A stretch of 64,000 nucleotides of DNA, taken from NCBI GenBank assembly GCA_965140415.1, contig OZ223209.1, forward strand, positions 1,216,001 to 1,280,000, read 5' to 3'. Shown here piece by piece: positions 49,457-59,755 of this stretch. The notes beneath the pieces are model-generated. The model was given only the letters and a program-made list of their open reading frames with translations. It had not been told where the DNA came from and did not search any database. The DNA comes from Myxococcota bacterium (GTDB lineage Bacteria > Myxococcota_A > SURF-8). Both the position numbers and the translations under genes were made by a program. Positions within the stretch are counted from its first letter, which is position 1. Every line of letters begins with the position of its first letter.

Positions 49457-50422
49457 TTAGTTTTCGATCATGCTGATTAACGAGCGGATTTTCTGCCGTG
49501 CGTCCTGCATGCGACTGTTGAGCATCATTGGATCGTTCTGACAGGGAATCCAGCTTCCGGGAGAACAGTTCATCACCGCGTACTTCGGCTCCCATTGTGT
49601 GTGTTCGAGTACGACGATAATATTCTGTAGCAGTTCGGTGGCCTTTTTGGTCTGGAGGATCTCCGTAAAATCGCTGCCGACAGCGACCAGCACCTGGCGC
49701 AGTCCCATTGCGACCCCCTGTGCGAAATAGAAGTGGTCGTCTTTTTCCGTCCAGCCTATTTCTACGCGAACACGTTTTTCACCTTGCAGCACGGTATCTC
49801 CTGCGGTTTCTTCAGACAGAAACTCGTTGTAATCACTAGGAATCATCGATAAACGTGTGCAGACGCCACCCAGGAGCGAGTTCATTTGATTGAGCAACTC
49901 GATCAAGTTATCGCCGCGAGGATAGAAGTGCGCCTTGCCGGTCTGCAAGCGTTGCCGGAAGGTCTCCAGGTGCTTGACACCTGCCAGAAACTTGCTTTCG
50001 GCAGAGGGCAGCATCCAGCGCATGGGATCGTTGGAAAAACTGGTATAGGCCATATCGGCGTCATTATCGATCTGATCGGTGGTGCGCAACCGGCTCAAGT
50101 TGTCGCGCAGAACCCGCACGGAGTAGCGCACGACTTCAAGTTGCCCCAACTGGTAATTTTGCGGATTATCCAGCAGTACGCTGGGCCAGGCGACATCGTT
50201 GGGCAGCCAGTGCGAACTGAATTCTTCGCTTAGTTGAATCAGCGTAGACACGGTGGCATCCCCGGTGAGTTTCTTGTCGTACTGGGGAGTAAAGAAATCC
50301 GGGAAACGGTAATTCAAGATGGCCCCAACCAGGTAAAACACCACGATCAGGCCGAACAGAACTTTTAAAACGGTCAGCAGTGTTTTGCTGCGGGTGGACG
50401 ATGTCGATTTCTTATCTGTCAT
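49457..50422 (-). CDS. DUF2333-family protein
   Basis: N-terminal TM; WLPND...LDNPQNYQLG, PSAESK, FYPRGDNL, DDHFYFAQG. Confidence 0.75.
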   Translation of the reverse strand: MTDKKSTSSTRSKTLLTVLKVLFGLIVVFYLVGAILNYRFPDFFTPQYDKKLTGDATVSTLIQLSEEFSSHWLPNDVAWPSVLLDNPQNYQLGQLEVVRYSVRVLRDNLSRLRTTDQIDNDADMAYTSFSNDPMRWMLPSAESKFLAGVKHLETFRQRLQTGKAHFYPRGDNLIELLNQMNSLLGGVCTRLSMIPSDYNEFLSEETAGDTVLQGEKRVRVEIGWTEKDDHFYFAQGVAMGLRQVLVAVGSDFTEILQTKKATELLQNIIVVLEHTQWEPKYAVMNCSPGSWIPCQNDPMMLNSRMQDARQKIRSLISMIEN

Positions 50423-50445
50423 TAACAATCTCCCTATTGAAGGGT

Positions 50446-52443
50446 TTAGCTTCTTCTCTTGGTGTACTCCGCTTTGTCTTCGTTTTCCAGCACCAAATCT
50501 TCTTTTTGCCGCCACCAGGCGGAAACCTGTTCCAGCCGATCCATTTGGATTGAGCGCGGCAGGCTGCGTAAAAAGAACTTGCCATAGGATTTGCTGCGCA
50601 GGCGACGGTCTAAAATGGCGATGATGCCCCAGTCGCCGTGATCGCGAATCAGTCGTCCCACCCCCTGCTTGAGTTGAATGATGGCGGTAGGCACCTGATA
50701 GGTATAGAAGGGGTTGCGATCCTGTTTGCGCAGGTAATCGATACGCGCTTCCGTTACCGGATCGCCGGGCGACTCGAAGGGCAGCTTGTCGATGATCACC
50801 ACCCGCAGCGCTTCGCCCAGCACATCCACCCCCTGCCAGAACGTCCCGGTGGCGAACAAGACCGAGTCGATGTTGGAGCGGAACTCGTCGAGCAGGCGGT
50901 TGCGGGGAGCATCTCCCTGTTTCAACAACGGTTGCTCGATGCGACTGACCAGCCGTTCATGCACGGCGTTCATGTTGGCGTAACTGGTAAACAACACCAG
51001 CGCGCGCCCCTTGGACAATCGAATCAACTGGTTGATCAACTCGGCGGCGCGGGGAACGAATTGCTGATGCGAGGGTTCCGGCATGACGCGTGGAATGAAC
51101 AACGCTGCCTGCCGACGGTAATTGAATGGCGAGGGAAACAGGCTTTCCACCGCATCCGATGGCAGCCCCAGGCGGCCCTTGAAATAGTCGAAGTTGCCAT
51201 CCGCTGCCAGTGTGGCGCTGGTGAAAATCGGATGCACCGGACGTTTGAACAGGTAGCTGCGCATCAAGGGAGCGACATCCAGCGGCGATCCGTGCAGAAT
51301 GACGGAACGCGGACGCACTTCGCCCCAATACACCATGTCCTCGCGCCGTTCTTCAAACATTTCATGAAGATCCGTGATGATGGCCTTGGCACGGTCGCCC
51401 AGCCCCCTGGCTTCGTCGTCGTCACGCTGTTCCCCGATTTCGATGCACAGACGTTGAACGGCAGATAAGGCCTGCGCCAGTATTATATGGTCTTCCTGCA
51501 TCAGGTTGTCGATCATACGTGCTTCAAAGCGAAAACGAGGCTGCATGGCGGAAAACGCTTCGAACAAGCGCACGGCGGCGCTTTTACATTCTTCCAGCGC
51601 CTTGCTCAACGCGAGAATCGACAACTGCTTGGCCTGTAACCAGCGACTGATGTCGTCGGTCAGCGAAAACACGCGATAATTGGACACCGAAACCCCGAAA
51701 TATTGCGTGGCCACCGATTCGAGCAGGTGCGCCTCGTCGAAGATCACCACATCGTGATCCGGGATGACCTCTCCAAAGCGCCGTTCCCGCACCGCCAGAT
51801 CGGCGAAATAGAGGTGATGATTGACGATAATCAGGTTGGCGTCCTGCGCTTTCTTGCGCATTTTAGTGACGAAACAGGAATTGTAAAATCGGCAATGACT
51901 GCCCAGGCAATTGTCCGAAGTCGAGGTGATTTCCGACCAGGTGCGGAAGTCGTCGGGCAGATCCGTCAATTCGGCGCGGTCGCCGGTTTCGGTCACATCC
52001 GCCCAGCGCACGACTTCATCGAACAGCGGACCTTCAGAGGCGAACCGGAACAAGCCTTGGGCTGTGAATTGACCGAAACGCAGTTTACACAGGTAATTGC
52101 TGCGGCCTTTCATATAGGTTGCCCTGACTGGTAGATCCACGGAATCGATCAGTAATGGCAGATCCTTGAAGAAAATCTGTTCCTGCAAGGTTTTCGTGCC
52201 GGTGGCTACCACGACTTTCAGTCCGGTCAGAATGGAGGGAACCAGATAGGCCAGCGTTTTTCCGATGCCGGTGCCGCCTTCGGCCACCAGCGGCGTCCGA
52301 TCCAGAATGGAATGCGCCACGGTTTGGGCCATCGCCACCTGTCCGGGACGACTGGAGAATCCGTCCAGGCGGTTTTCCAAAATACCACCGGTTCCTAGGA
52401 TGGACTGTAAATCTTCCAGCAGACGTTCGCGGTCGATACTCAT
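50446..52443 (-). CDS. ATP-dependent DNA helicase, DinG/YoaA family
   Basis: RPGQ, GTGIGKT, Fe-S cysteines, DEAH, TSATL, FWQGVD, IIDKLPF, QGVGRLIR. Confidence 0.95.
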   Translation of the reverse strand: MSIDRERLLEDLQSILGTGGILENRLDGFSSRPGQVAMAQTVAHSILDRTPLVAEGGTGIGKTLAYLVPSILTGLKVVVATGTKTLQEQIFFKDLPLLIDSVDLPVRATYMKGRSNYLCKLRFGQFTAQGLFRFASEGPLFDEVVRWADVTETGDRAELTDLPDDFRTWSEITSTSDNCLGSHCRFYNSCFVTKMRKKAQDANLIIVNHHLYFADLAVRERRFGEVIPDHDVVIFDEAHLLESVATQYFGVSVSNYRVFSLTDDISRWLQAKQLSILALSKALEECKSAAVRLFEAFSAMQPRFRFEARMIDNLMQEDHIILAQALSAVQRLCIEIGEQRDDDEARGLGDRAKAIITDLHEMFEERREDMVYWGEVRPRSVILHGSPLDVAPLMRSYLFKRPVHPIFTSATLAADGNFDYFKGRLGLPSDAVESLFPSPFNYRRQAALFIPRVMPEPSHQQFVPRAAELINQLIRLSKGRALVLFTSYANMNAVHERLVSRIEQPLLKQGDAPRNRLLDEFRSNIDSVLFATGTFWQGVDVLGEALRVVIIDKLPFESPGDPVTEARIDYLRKQDRNPFYTYQVPTAIIQLKQGVGRLIRDHGDWGIIAILDRRLRSKSYGKFFLRSLPRSIQMDRLEQVSAWWRQKEDLVLENEDKAEYTKRRS

Positions 52444-52446
52444 TCG

Positions 52447-53313
52447 TCAACCACCGATCATCATCATGGTAAGGGCATATGCCGCCAAGCCCACAACCGC
52501 ACCTACCACCAAGGCGATGAGTATGCCCTTGGTGCTAAGGCGTTCGGATTTCTCACGGGGAGGACGATCGGGAAGCATCATACCGGCCTGCCGCACCACC
52601 TGATCCAGGCGCAGCCGGATTGCAGCGGAATCGGGATTGGTTGCCAAAAACGCGCGGTAGCGAGTTGAGGCGAAGCGCAGACCGTTTTGCTGACTGCAAT
52701 AGTTGTGAAAATTGTCCAAAGTTCGTTCGTTCTCACAATCGCGTTCCACAGCCTGCCACAACAACCGGGCTTGTTCCAGACTGCCGGGTGGCATTTCGGC
52801 GTAGAGTTCCTGCTCCAGTTCCGGTTTCCAGTTGGCAAAGTTCAAGCCGCACATCGCACAACTCAGTTCGTTGTCATTGCCGTGACCGCACTTGGGACAG
52901 ACTTTCACCGGTGGCTTGACTGGCTGGGCAGAAGTTGCCGGAGGTGTTGGAGAAACAGGAATATCCGATGTGGGTGCTGCTGCTTCGGGAGCGTTTGCCA
53001 TCATCGGATTAGCAACGGCATCAGTAGCCGGAATAATCGGTGCTTCAACCTTGGGTGTACCGCGCCATTTCGCAAACACCAGGCCGCAACGGTCGCAGCT
53101 TTGCGGATTGGATTTTGGGAAACCGCATTTGGGACAGGCTTCGCTTGCTGCCGGAGTCTCTACGGTTTGCGGTTTCACTTCCGTTTCGCTAGCGGTTTTG
53201 GGCGGCTCAGACGGCTCACCCAGCGCCGGACGCCAATCCGAGGACAAGGGCAGATCGACCTCCGCCTGTGCTTTCTTTCGAGCGTCTTGATTGTCGTTTC
53301 GGTCGGCGCTCAT
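52447..53313 (-). CDS. Double zinc-ribbon protein with C-terminal TM
   Basis: CPKCG...CDRCG and CPKCG...CAMCG separated by a Pro/Ala linker. Confidence 0.75.
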   Translation of the reverse strand: MSADRNDNQDARKKAQAEVDLPLSSDWRPALGEPSEPPKTASETEVKPQTVETPAASEACPKCGFPKSNPQSCDRCGLVFAKWRGTPKVEAPIIPATDAVANPMMANAPEAAAPTSDIPVSPTPPATSAQPVKPPVKVCPKCGHGNDNELSCAMCGLNFANWKPELEQELYAEMPPGSLEQARLLWQAVERDCENERTLDNFHNYCSQQNGLRFASTRYRAFLATNPDSAAIRLRLDQVVRQAGMMLPDRPPREKSERLSTKGILIALVVGAVVGLAAYALTMMMIGG

Positions 53314-53353
53314 GCTTCGCTCCTGGATTCGCCCTCGGTGCAATCGTCAGCCA

Positions 53354-55510
53354 TCAATTGGTCGGTTTTCCTTCCGGCCTGTCGAATTGTTCGAACTCCT
53401 CATAGACTTCCTCGGGGGTTTTGTCCTGAATGGGTTCCGCGTTCAATTCCTTTTTCGCCGGAACGATTACGCCGTCTGTCAAGGTCAGTATGAGCAATTC
53501 GTTGACCATCTCACCGTTTTTATCGAAACGCATCGAGCCGGTGGCTCCCTGATACTCCGTGAGGTTCAACAGGGCAGCACGAAGTTGCTTGCGGCTTTGC
53601 GCCTGGCTGGTGAGCAGTGTTTCAGCAAGCAGACCGACCGCATCATAAGCATAAGCTTCCATCGTGCCGGGCTTGCGCTTGTAGTCCTTCTTGAAAGCGG
53701 CGACGAAATCCGCGCTTTTGGGGTCCGGTGATCCGGTATCCAAAAAGCCGTCGCAGAAGATGCCGCCTTCCACCCATTTCCCGCCGAAATCCTTCAGGCG
53801 TTCGTGGTTCCAGCCATTTCCTCCCAATAACTGTACCGCCTTGATTTCATGGCCGGTGCGGCGCTTGTTGCGCTCCATGCGGCGATAGGTCGAAGCCAGG
53901 TGATTGTCGATCTCCACTTCTTCAAAGGGAATGGCAGGCGCGATCATGCCGACTTGCTTGGCGTAATCCGGAATGAAGAGGGCTTCGAAATCGACGGTCG
54001 GCACGGTTTCTTCCTCGAACTTGCGAACCACGACTCCGCAGGTCAGCTTGCTGTTATCGCGGCAAATGCCTCCGCCGCTGGCTCCATAGAGCAGTTCATA
54101 GCGCCAGACCATGCTGCGCACCTGCCGTTTGAAGGTGCTGGCGTCGTATTCATAACGCTCCGCCGCCGTGACTTCTCCACCGCGCTTGCGTACCTGTTCC
54201 CAGAATGCCAAGGCCAGATCTTCGCCGTAAGGCTGCATGGGATACAGAATGCCGAAGCTGCGCTTGCCCAGAACTTCCCAGGCATAACCCACGATTGCCT
54301 CTGCCTGCATGGTGGCCGTCATGCCGGAACGGAAGACGTTCGGTCCGATTTCGGGTAGACCTTCGCGCGGCGAGAGGCTGATCAAGGGAACCTGCAACTG
54401 CTCGGCCTGATAGGCGGCAGCCTGCGAGGTGTCGCCCATCAACGGGCCGATAATCGCAATTACGCCCTCATCGTAAACCAGTTCTTCCATGGCTTTCTGT
54501 GTCTGGATGGGATCGCCTGCCGTATCTTTATACAGAAACTTCAGTTTGCCTTCACTGCGCGCCGCAGCCTCGGTGGCGGCCATGTCGAATACCTGCTTGA
54601 CGCGCTCCCCGAATACCTTGAAGCGCCCGCTTAACGGCAGCAGGATGCCTACGCGACCCGCTTTGACGCTCTGGCGCTGCTGAAGACGTGCTAATGCTTT
54701 TTCGGCCTGTTTGCCCGCTTCGCCAAGCGGTTCGGCTTTTTTCGCCGCACTAAAGTGTTCGTGGGCTGAGGCCCAGTTGTGCAGGTGCATCTGGCGACGC
54801 CCCAGGCGATAATGAACCAGCGACAATAACGGGGCATCGTCTTCGACTTCCTCCAGCACCTTTTCCAGGTCGGATTGACTCAGGCGGTCGGCCTTGGTGC
54901 GCAGACGTTCCAGGATTTCCGGGCGCTGGGCCAAGGTCGCTTCGCGCCATGTTTCCACCAGTTCCAGAAATTCCGCTGCCGAGACGGCATGGTATGGCGC
55001 GGCCAGCCATTCGCCTTCGTTTACCGGCAAAGTCGGTGGCGTATCTTTGGTAAGTTCCGTGTCATCCGAATCGCCCGAATCGGGAGTTGGTTCTACCGCC
55101 GGTTTCGGCTTCGGGGGAGGCGGATTTTTGCGTTCCCGCTCCACCACTTTGAGCATGTGACGTGCTTCGATGGTGTACAAGGAGGTAGGAAAACGCTGTT
55201 CTACCTCGTGAAATCGCTTGGTGGCAGCATCGTAGTCCTGTTCGTACAGATCGATCTTACCCAGCGTCAACAAGGCTTCGGCGGCGTTTTTGTCCTCGCC
55301 TTTTTCCTTAATGAAAGCGGACAGTTTGCCGCGCGCCGCCTTCATCCGTCCCGCACGGAAATCCTGTAAACCCGCTTCGAAATTCTCTTGTGGGCCCAGT
55401 TGCGGACCGGATCGGTCGGGACGCGGCTCGGCGCAGGCGGTAAACGTCAGAAGCAATAACAAGCATAACCAGCAGCTTATTCTCCACTTTGCTAGCGGGA
55501 AACCATGCAT
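53354..55510 (-). CDS. TPR plus periplasmic-binding-fold lipoprotein (LpoA-like penicillin-binding protein activator)
   Basis: Lipobox FTAC; TPR helices; VGILLPLSG, IIGPL, FEALFIPD, YQGATG. Confidence 0.8.
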   Translation of the reverse strand: MHGFPLAKWRISCWLCLLLLLTFTACAEPRPDRSGPQLGPQENFEAGLQDFRAGRMKAARGKLSAFIKEKGEDKNAAEALLTLGKIDLYEQDYDAATKRFHEVEQRFPTSLYTIEARHMLKVVERERKNPPPPKPKPAVEPTPDSGDSDDTELTKDTPPTLPVNEGEWLAAPYHAVSAAEFLELVETWREATLAQRPEILERLRTKADRLSQSDLEKVLEEVEDDAPLLSLVHYRLGRRQMHLHNWASAHEHFSAAKKAEPLGEAGKQAEKALARLQQRQSVKAGRVGILLPLSGRFKVFGERVKQVFDMAATEAAARSEGKLKFLYKDTAGDPIQTQKAMEELVYDEGVIAIIGPLMGDTSQAAAYQAEQLQVPLISLSPREGLPEIGPNVFRSGMTATMQAEAIVGYAWEVLGKRSFGILYPMQPYGEDLALAFWEQVRKRGGEVTAAERYEYDASTFKRQVRSMVWRYELLYGASGGGICRDNSKLTCGVVVRKFEEETVPTVDFEALFIPDYAKQVGMIAPAIPFEEVEIDNHLASTYRRMERNKRRTGHEIKAVQLLGGNGWNHERLKDFGGKWVEGGIFCDGFLDTGSPDPKSADFVAAFKKDYKRKPGTMEAYAYDAVGLLAETLLTSQAQSRKQLRAALLNLTEYQGATGSMRFDKNGEMVNELLILTLTDGVIVPAKKELNAEPIQDKTPEEVYEEFEQFDRPEGKPTN

Positions 55511-55627
55511 CGGTACTCACCTCATAAAGGGTTCTAAACGGCAATCAAGATACCTTAGCCCCCGGTCGCTTTGCAAGGAAAAGGGTGCCACGGTCTTCGA
55601 TTTGAAGAATCGATGGCCGTGCCGAAT

Positions 55628-55740
55628 GTTGGAGCTGGGCTCCCGTCCTGCTCTATGTATTTGTCCGAATGTTGGAGCAGCGGCTCCTGCCCTGCTCCTA
55701 ATGTTTGTCTTCTTCATCAAGACAGGAGCTTTGACCATCC
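55628..55740. repeat. REP-like cluster (inverted relative to 7593-7650)
   Basis: GTTGGAGCTGGGCTCCCGTCCTGCTCTA; GTTGGAGCAGCGGCTCCTGCCCTGCTCCTAATGTTTGTCTTCTT; CAAGACAGGAGC also at ~21988. Confidence 0.8.
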
Positions 55741-55751
55741 ACCCGGAGCTT

Positions 55752-56855
55752 TTACTCTTTGGGGTTTTTCTCTACCCAGAGTCGATTGCTGAAACTGCGA
55801 ACGGTAAAGGATTCCTCGTCGCGGCGCACCAGTCGTTCAGGCGCCAAGGGCACCTTGCCATAGGGCGTATCGGCGGCGAACTGCGGCACAGCCAACCCGC
55901 TGGTGTGACCTTCCATGCGTTCGATGATCTCCAGCCCGACTTCCACCGGTACACGCAAGTGTTCGGTTCCTTTAACTAAATGAGGCAGGAACAGGTAATA
56001 GGGGCGCACTCGGGCCATCAGCAACTTGTGGCACAACTCGGTCATGATTTCCGCCGAATCATTCACGCCACGCAAAAGAACCGACTGATTTCCCAAGGGA
56101 ATTCCGCGATCGGCCAGGCGCGTCAAGGCGGCGATGGCTTCCGGCGTCAATTCGCGCGGATGGTTGAACTGCACGTTGACGAACAAGGGGTGAAAGTCCG
56201 CCAGACCACGGGCGAGTTCTTCGGTGACGCGCATGGGCAGCATGGCCGGAGCGCGGGTGCCGATGCGCAGAATCTGAACGTGTTTCAGTTCCCGCAAACG
56301 CGCCAGTTTGTCGAACAAGACCTTGTCGCTCAGCATCAGGGGGTCGCCGCCGGTCACCAGAACATCCCTGATTTCCGTATGTTCTTTCAAATAGCCCAGC
56401 GCCTGCTCGAAGGCATTGGCAGGTGGGGTTTGATGGGTGCGGCGTTTTCTGAAGCAGTGGCGGCAATACACCTGACAGATGCTGGTGATACACAGCGCAA
56501 CCCGATCCGGGTAAAGGTGGATCATATCCGGTGTCGGGCAGTGGCTCTCTTCCAGCAAGGGATCGTCTTCGCCGAGTACATCGTGGCATTCGCGCTCGCT
56601 GGGAACGATCTGCCGTCGCAGGGGGCAATTGGGGTCATTTACGTCGATCAATGTCAGGGCATAAGGTGTAATCGCCCAACGAAACTCTTCGGCGGCGCGT
56701 TGTGCTCCTTGCTGTTCTTCTTCGGAAAGTGACAGGATTTCAGCAAGTTGGGGAATCGTTTCGATACGATGCTGCATCTGCCAGCGCCAGTCGGACCACT
56801 GCGACTCGGATGCGCCCATCTGTTGGCGGATCTTCTCGGGGACTGGTACGAACAT
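55752..56855 (-). CDS. KamA-family radical SAM aminomutase (lysine 2,3-aminomutase/EpmB-like)
   Basis: WSDWRWQ, HLYPDRV, CQVYCRHCFR, TGGDPL, NQSVLLRGVND, RPYYL, GKVPL. Confidence 0.92.
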   Translation of the reverse strand: MFVPVPEKIRQQMGASESQWSDWRWQMQHRIETIPQLAEILSLSEEEQQGAQRAAEEFRWAITPYALTLIDVNDPNCPLRRQIVPSERECHDVLGEDDPLLEESHCPTPDMIHLYPDRVALCITSICQVYCRHCFRKRRTHQTPPANAFEQALGYLKEHTEIRDVLVTGGDPLMLSDKVLFDKLARLRELKHVQILRIGTRAPAMLPMRVTEELARGLADFHPLFVNVQFNHPRELTPEAIAALTRLADRGIPLGNQSVLLRGVNDSAEIMTELCHKLLMARVRPYYLFLPHLVKGTEHLRVPVEVGLEIIERMEGHTSGLAVPQFAADTPYGKVPLAPERLVRRDEESFTVRSFSNRLWVEKNPKE

Positions 56856-56936
56856 AAAAAGTGCTTTCTTGTGAAAGGGAACCGACGCTTTAACTTGGCT
56901 ACGACCAGGTTCGGGCGTCGAAAGGGAGAACGCGGA

Positions 56937-57341
56937 TTAGACGAGCTGGCTGCTCACCGGCAGACGCGGTCCGGGAACTTCGGCGCGGTCGAGTTCCTTG
57001 ATCCGGTTTTTCTCGTCTACAAACACCAGCTTCGGCGTGTACTTGCGGGCTTCCTCATCGGTCATTTTCAGCCAACTGGCGATAATCACCAGATCGCCCG
57101 GCTTGGCCAGATGCGCCGCCGCACCGTTGATGCAGATTTCGCCTTTGCCGCGAATGCCCCGCAGAGCATAGGTTTCAAGGCGCGTGCCGCGGGTCACGTT
57201 CCAGATGTGAACGTTTTCATTTTCCCAAATGTCGGCAGCTTCCAGCAGGTTAGGATCGATGGTCACGCTTCCTTCGTATTCCACATCGGCGTGAGTGACG
57301 GTTGCCCGGTGAATTTTCGACTTCAGCATTGTTCGTTCCAT
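56937..57341 (-). CDS. panD: Aspartate 1-decarboxylase
   Basis: [16 protein letters not shown] cleavage site, ETY, NGAAAH. Confidence 0.97.
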   Translation of the reverse strand: MERTMLKSKIHRATVTHADVEYEGSVTIDPNLLEAADIWENENVHIWNVTRGTRLETYALRGIRGKGEICINGAAAHLAKPGDLVIIASWLKMTDEEARKYTPKLVFVDEKNRIKELDRAEVPGPRLPVSSQLV

Positions 57342-57520
57342 CGTGTTCTCCTCGCATACATATGATGCAGGGTGTCTATTCCAAAGAGACACCAGCGGGT
57401 GAAAACAGATGAAATCCTTAATGGGGGGAAGATGAATTGCGGCGAAACGTCCGGTACAGCATCCCGTTTTCCGGGGTTGCCATCCGCTTTTACGACGAAA
57501 CAGAGGGCCTTAGCATCCAT

Positions 57521-57549
57521 CGTCCAGGTCCACAAGGATCCCAGCGACG
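57521..57549 (-). promoter_or_regulatory. pan-motif-like bulged-A hairpin in the panD 5' leader
   Basis: Minus strand CGUCGCUGGG(A)UCC-UUGU-GGACCUGGACG at the predicted transcript start; resemblance to the pan motif judged from memory, not a covariance search. Confidence 0.5.
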
Positions 57550-57554
57550 GGGGA

Positions 57555-57583
57555 AATATAAAGTTAACGAAATTAAATGTCAA
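57555..57583 (-). promoter_or_regulatory. Sigma-70 promoter for panD
   Basis: TTGACA-17 nt-TATATT on the minus strand. Confidence 0.75.
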
Positions 57584-57693
57584 TATTAATGATCAAAAAG
57601 CCATAGGTTTTTGGGGTTTTCATAGACAAACCTCTTTGCCCTTTGTACAATACGGATCCTGTGTGTTTCTTGGTGAAGAATGAGGAAAAGTGA

Positions 57694-58314
57694 ATGAAAT
57701 TAGACGTCTTTGTTGTTGGAGCCTTTCAGGAAAACACCTATATCATGACGGATGAGGCAAGCAAACTTGCCTATATCATCGATCCAGGTGGCGATGTGGA
57801 ACAGATTGTGGCGCATCTGGAGAACAACGGCTTGACCGCCAAGGCGATCATCAACACTCATGGTCACATCGATCATATCCTGGGTGTGAAAGCCTTGCAG
57901 GATATTTTAAAGATTCCGTTTATGCTGCATCAGGCCGATGAACCTCTTGTCGATCAGGCCGAAGCCAGCGCCCGACTTTTCGGTCTACAGGCGCAAGGCA
58001 CCCCGAAGGTGGACGATTACCTTCAAGATGGACAGGAACTGGAACTGGGCGAAACACGCATCAAGGTGCTGCATACGCCGGGTCATTCTCCGGGTGGAGT
58101 CTGTTTCCTGTCGGGAGAAGATGTGGTAGTCGGCGATACCCTGTTCGCCATGAGCATCGGGCGTACCGATCTGCCCGGCGGCTCTTTCCAAAGCTTGATT
58201 CAATCGATCAAAACCCAGTTGCTCACCCTGGACGACGCCGTGCGCGTTCATCCGGGTCATGGTCCGATGACGACCATCGGTCGCGAGCGACGCACCAATC
58301 CTTTCATCGGATAA
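57694..58314 (+). CDS. MBL-fold metallo-hydrolase (glyoxalase II-like)
   Basis: THGHIDH, HTPGHSPG, GDTLF, PGHG. Confidence 0.93.
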   Translation: MKLDVFVVGAFQENTYIMTDEASKLAYIIDPGGDVEQIVAHLENNGLTAKAIINTHGHIDHILGVKALQDILKIPFMLHQADEPLVDQAEASARLFGLQAQGTPKVDDYLQDGQELELGETRIKVLHTPGHSPGGVCFLSGEDVVVGDTLFAMSIGRTDLPGGSFQSLIQSIKTQLLTLDDAVRVHPGHGPMTTIGRERRTNPFIG

Positions 58315-58323
58315 GGCAGTAGT

Positions 58324-59004
58324 ATGAGCGGATACGGAAAACCTTTGCCCGTGCTTTCGTTGCCCAATTCGGTGCTGTATCCGGGAGCGGATCTGCCGAT
58401 TAAGGTTTTCGATCCGGCGCATAAACTGATGCTGATCGATGTGATCAAAGGCGACAAGACCCTGGTGGTGGTGCTCGTTCACAATCCCTGGGAGGAGCGC
58501 GGCGCTAACGCTCCGGCCTTGCATTCGCTGGGAACCGTGGCGGTCGTCAGCGGTCACGAACCGCAAAAAGACGGCAGTGTCAATATTTCGCTGCACGGCA
58601 TCGGGCGTGCCACGGTGCGCCAGGATATCCGCTTAAAACCCTACCGCGTGGCGATGACCGATGCGATTGCGGAAGAGGACGAGTCGGAACAGCAGCCGCG
58701 CATCGACGAACTGCGCAAACAGATCATGAAAATGCTCTATCAAAGCAGTTGGCAGCAGGAGTTGGGGCCTTTCCCCAGTTCGATGCTTAAACGGGTGGAG
58801 GATTCCAAAGCGGCGAATTTCGTGCCGCTGGTCTGCGGCCTGCTGAAACTGAACGCCGAGGAGCAACAGGGCCTGTTGGAACGCGACGGGCAGCTTTCGC
58901 GCTTACAAGGATTGATGGCGCTGTTTGAACGGCAGCTTTTGCAGGCCGCCCATCTGGGCGAGGGGCCCTCCAGTTCGGATGAAGACGGCGAATTTTCCCA
59001 TTAA
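58324..59004 (+). CDS. Lon protease substrate-binding (N-terminal) domain protein
   Basis: LPVLSLPNSVLYPG..LPIKVF, GTVA, DGSVNI.LHG..R; no ATPase domain. Confidence 0.85.
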   Translation: MSGYGKPLPVLSLPNSVLYPGADLPIKVFDPAHKLMLIDVIKGDKTLVVVLVHNPWEERGANAPALHSLGTVAVVSGHEPQKDGSVNISLHGIGRATVRQDIRLKPYRVAMTDAIAEEDESEQQPRIDELRKQIMKMLYQSSWQQELGPFPSSMLKRVEDSKAANFVPLVCGLLKLNAEEQQGLLERDGQLSRLQGLMALFERQLLQAAHLGEGPSSSDEDGEFSH

Positions 59005-59207
59005 ACGACAGGTTGCCCAACGCTAACCAGCATCCGTGATTTTTCCTGCCAATCTCAACACTTGACGAAGGGATCGCAATCGGCGAAAAAGAGTTGCGTG
59101 TCAAAGCGTTGACTATGGTTGACCCCGGCGAAAATCGGGTATAAAAGAAAGAAAAGCGCTCAAAAACAGGTGCCGAGCGTAGCAAAAACGAACCGAAGGA
59201 AGAAATC

Positions 59208-59750
59208 ATGGCGATATTGGAAATCGTGGAATTGCCGGATAAACGCTTGCATCAGAAAAGCGAGCCGATAAAGGAAATCGACGACAGCATCCGCACGCTG
59301 GCCAAGGATATGGCGGAAACCATGTACGCCGCACCGGGAATCGGTCTGGCGGCGGTGCAGGTGGGAGAGATGCTGCGCATGTTGACCTGCGATGTCAGCG
59401 AGAAAGACGCTCCCCCGGCGCTGATGACCGTGATCAACCCGGAAATCACCAGCCGCGAAGGCGAGTGCAGCGGCGACGAGGGCTGCTTGTCGGTTCCGGG
59501 CGTGTTCGACGAAGTCAAGCGCGCCGAGCGCATCACCGTGAAATATCTGGATCTGGACGGCAACGAGCAGACTATCGAAGCGGAAGGCTTGTTGGCGATC
59601 TGCCTGCAACACGAAATCGATCACCTCGATGGTGTTGTTTTTCTGGACCGGCTTTCCTCGCTGAAACGCAAACTGGCGCTGCGGCGCATGGATCGTTTCA
59701 AGCGGGAACGCGAAGAAGAGCAGGACGAGTCACAGCAGGAACAGGCGTAA
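59208..59750 (+). CDS. def: Peptide deformylase
   Basis: GIGLAAVQ, EGCLS, QHEIDHL. Confidence 0.97.
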   Translation: MAILEIVELPDKRLHQKSEPIKEIDDSIRTLAKDMAETMYAAPGIGLAAVQVGEMLRMLTCDVSEKDAPPALMTVINPEITSREGECSGDEGCLSVPGVFDEVKRAERITVKYLDLDGNEQTIEAEGLLAICLQHEIDHLDGVVFLDRLSSLKRKLALRRMDRFKREREEEQDESQQEQA

Positions 59751-59755
59751 GCAGC

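Noticed and set aside
57521-57549. SRP RNA (CAGGTCC...GGA...CAGC on the + strand)
   Set aside because: Lacks the GNRA tetraloop and AGCAG symmetric loop and has no long flanking helix; better explained as a minus-strand panD leader
59465-59755. N-terminal extension of the fmt ORF
   Set aside because: Overlaps def; Fmt homology begins at ATG 59756
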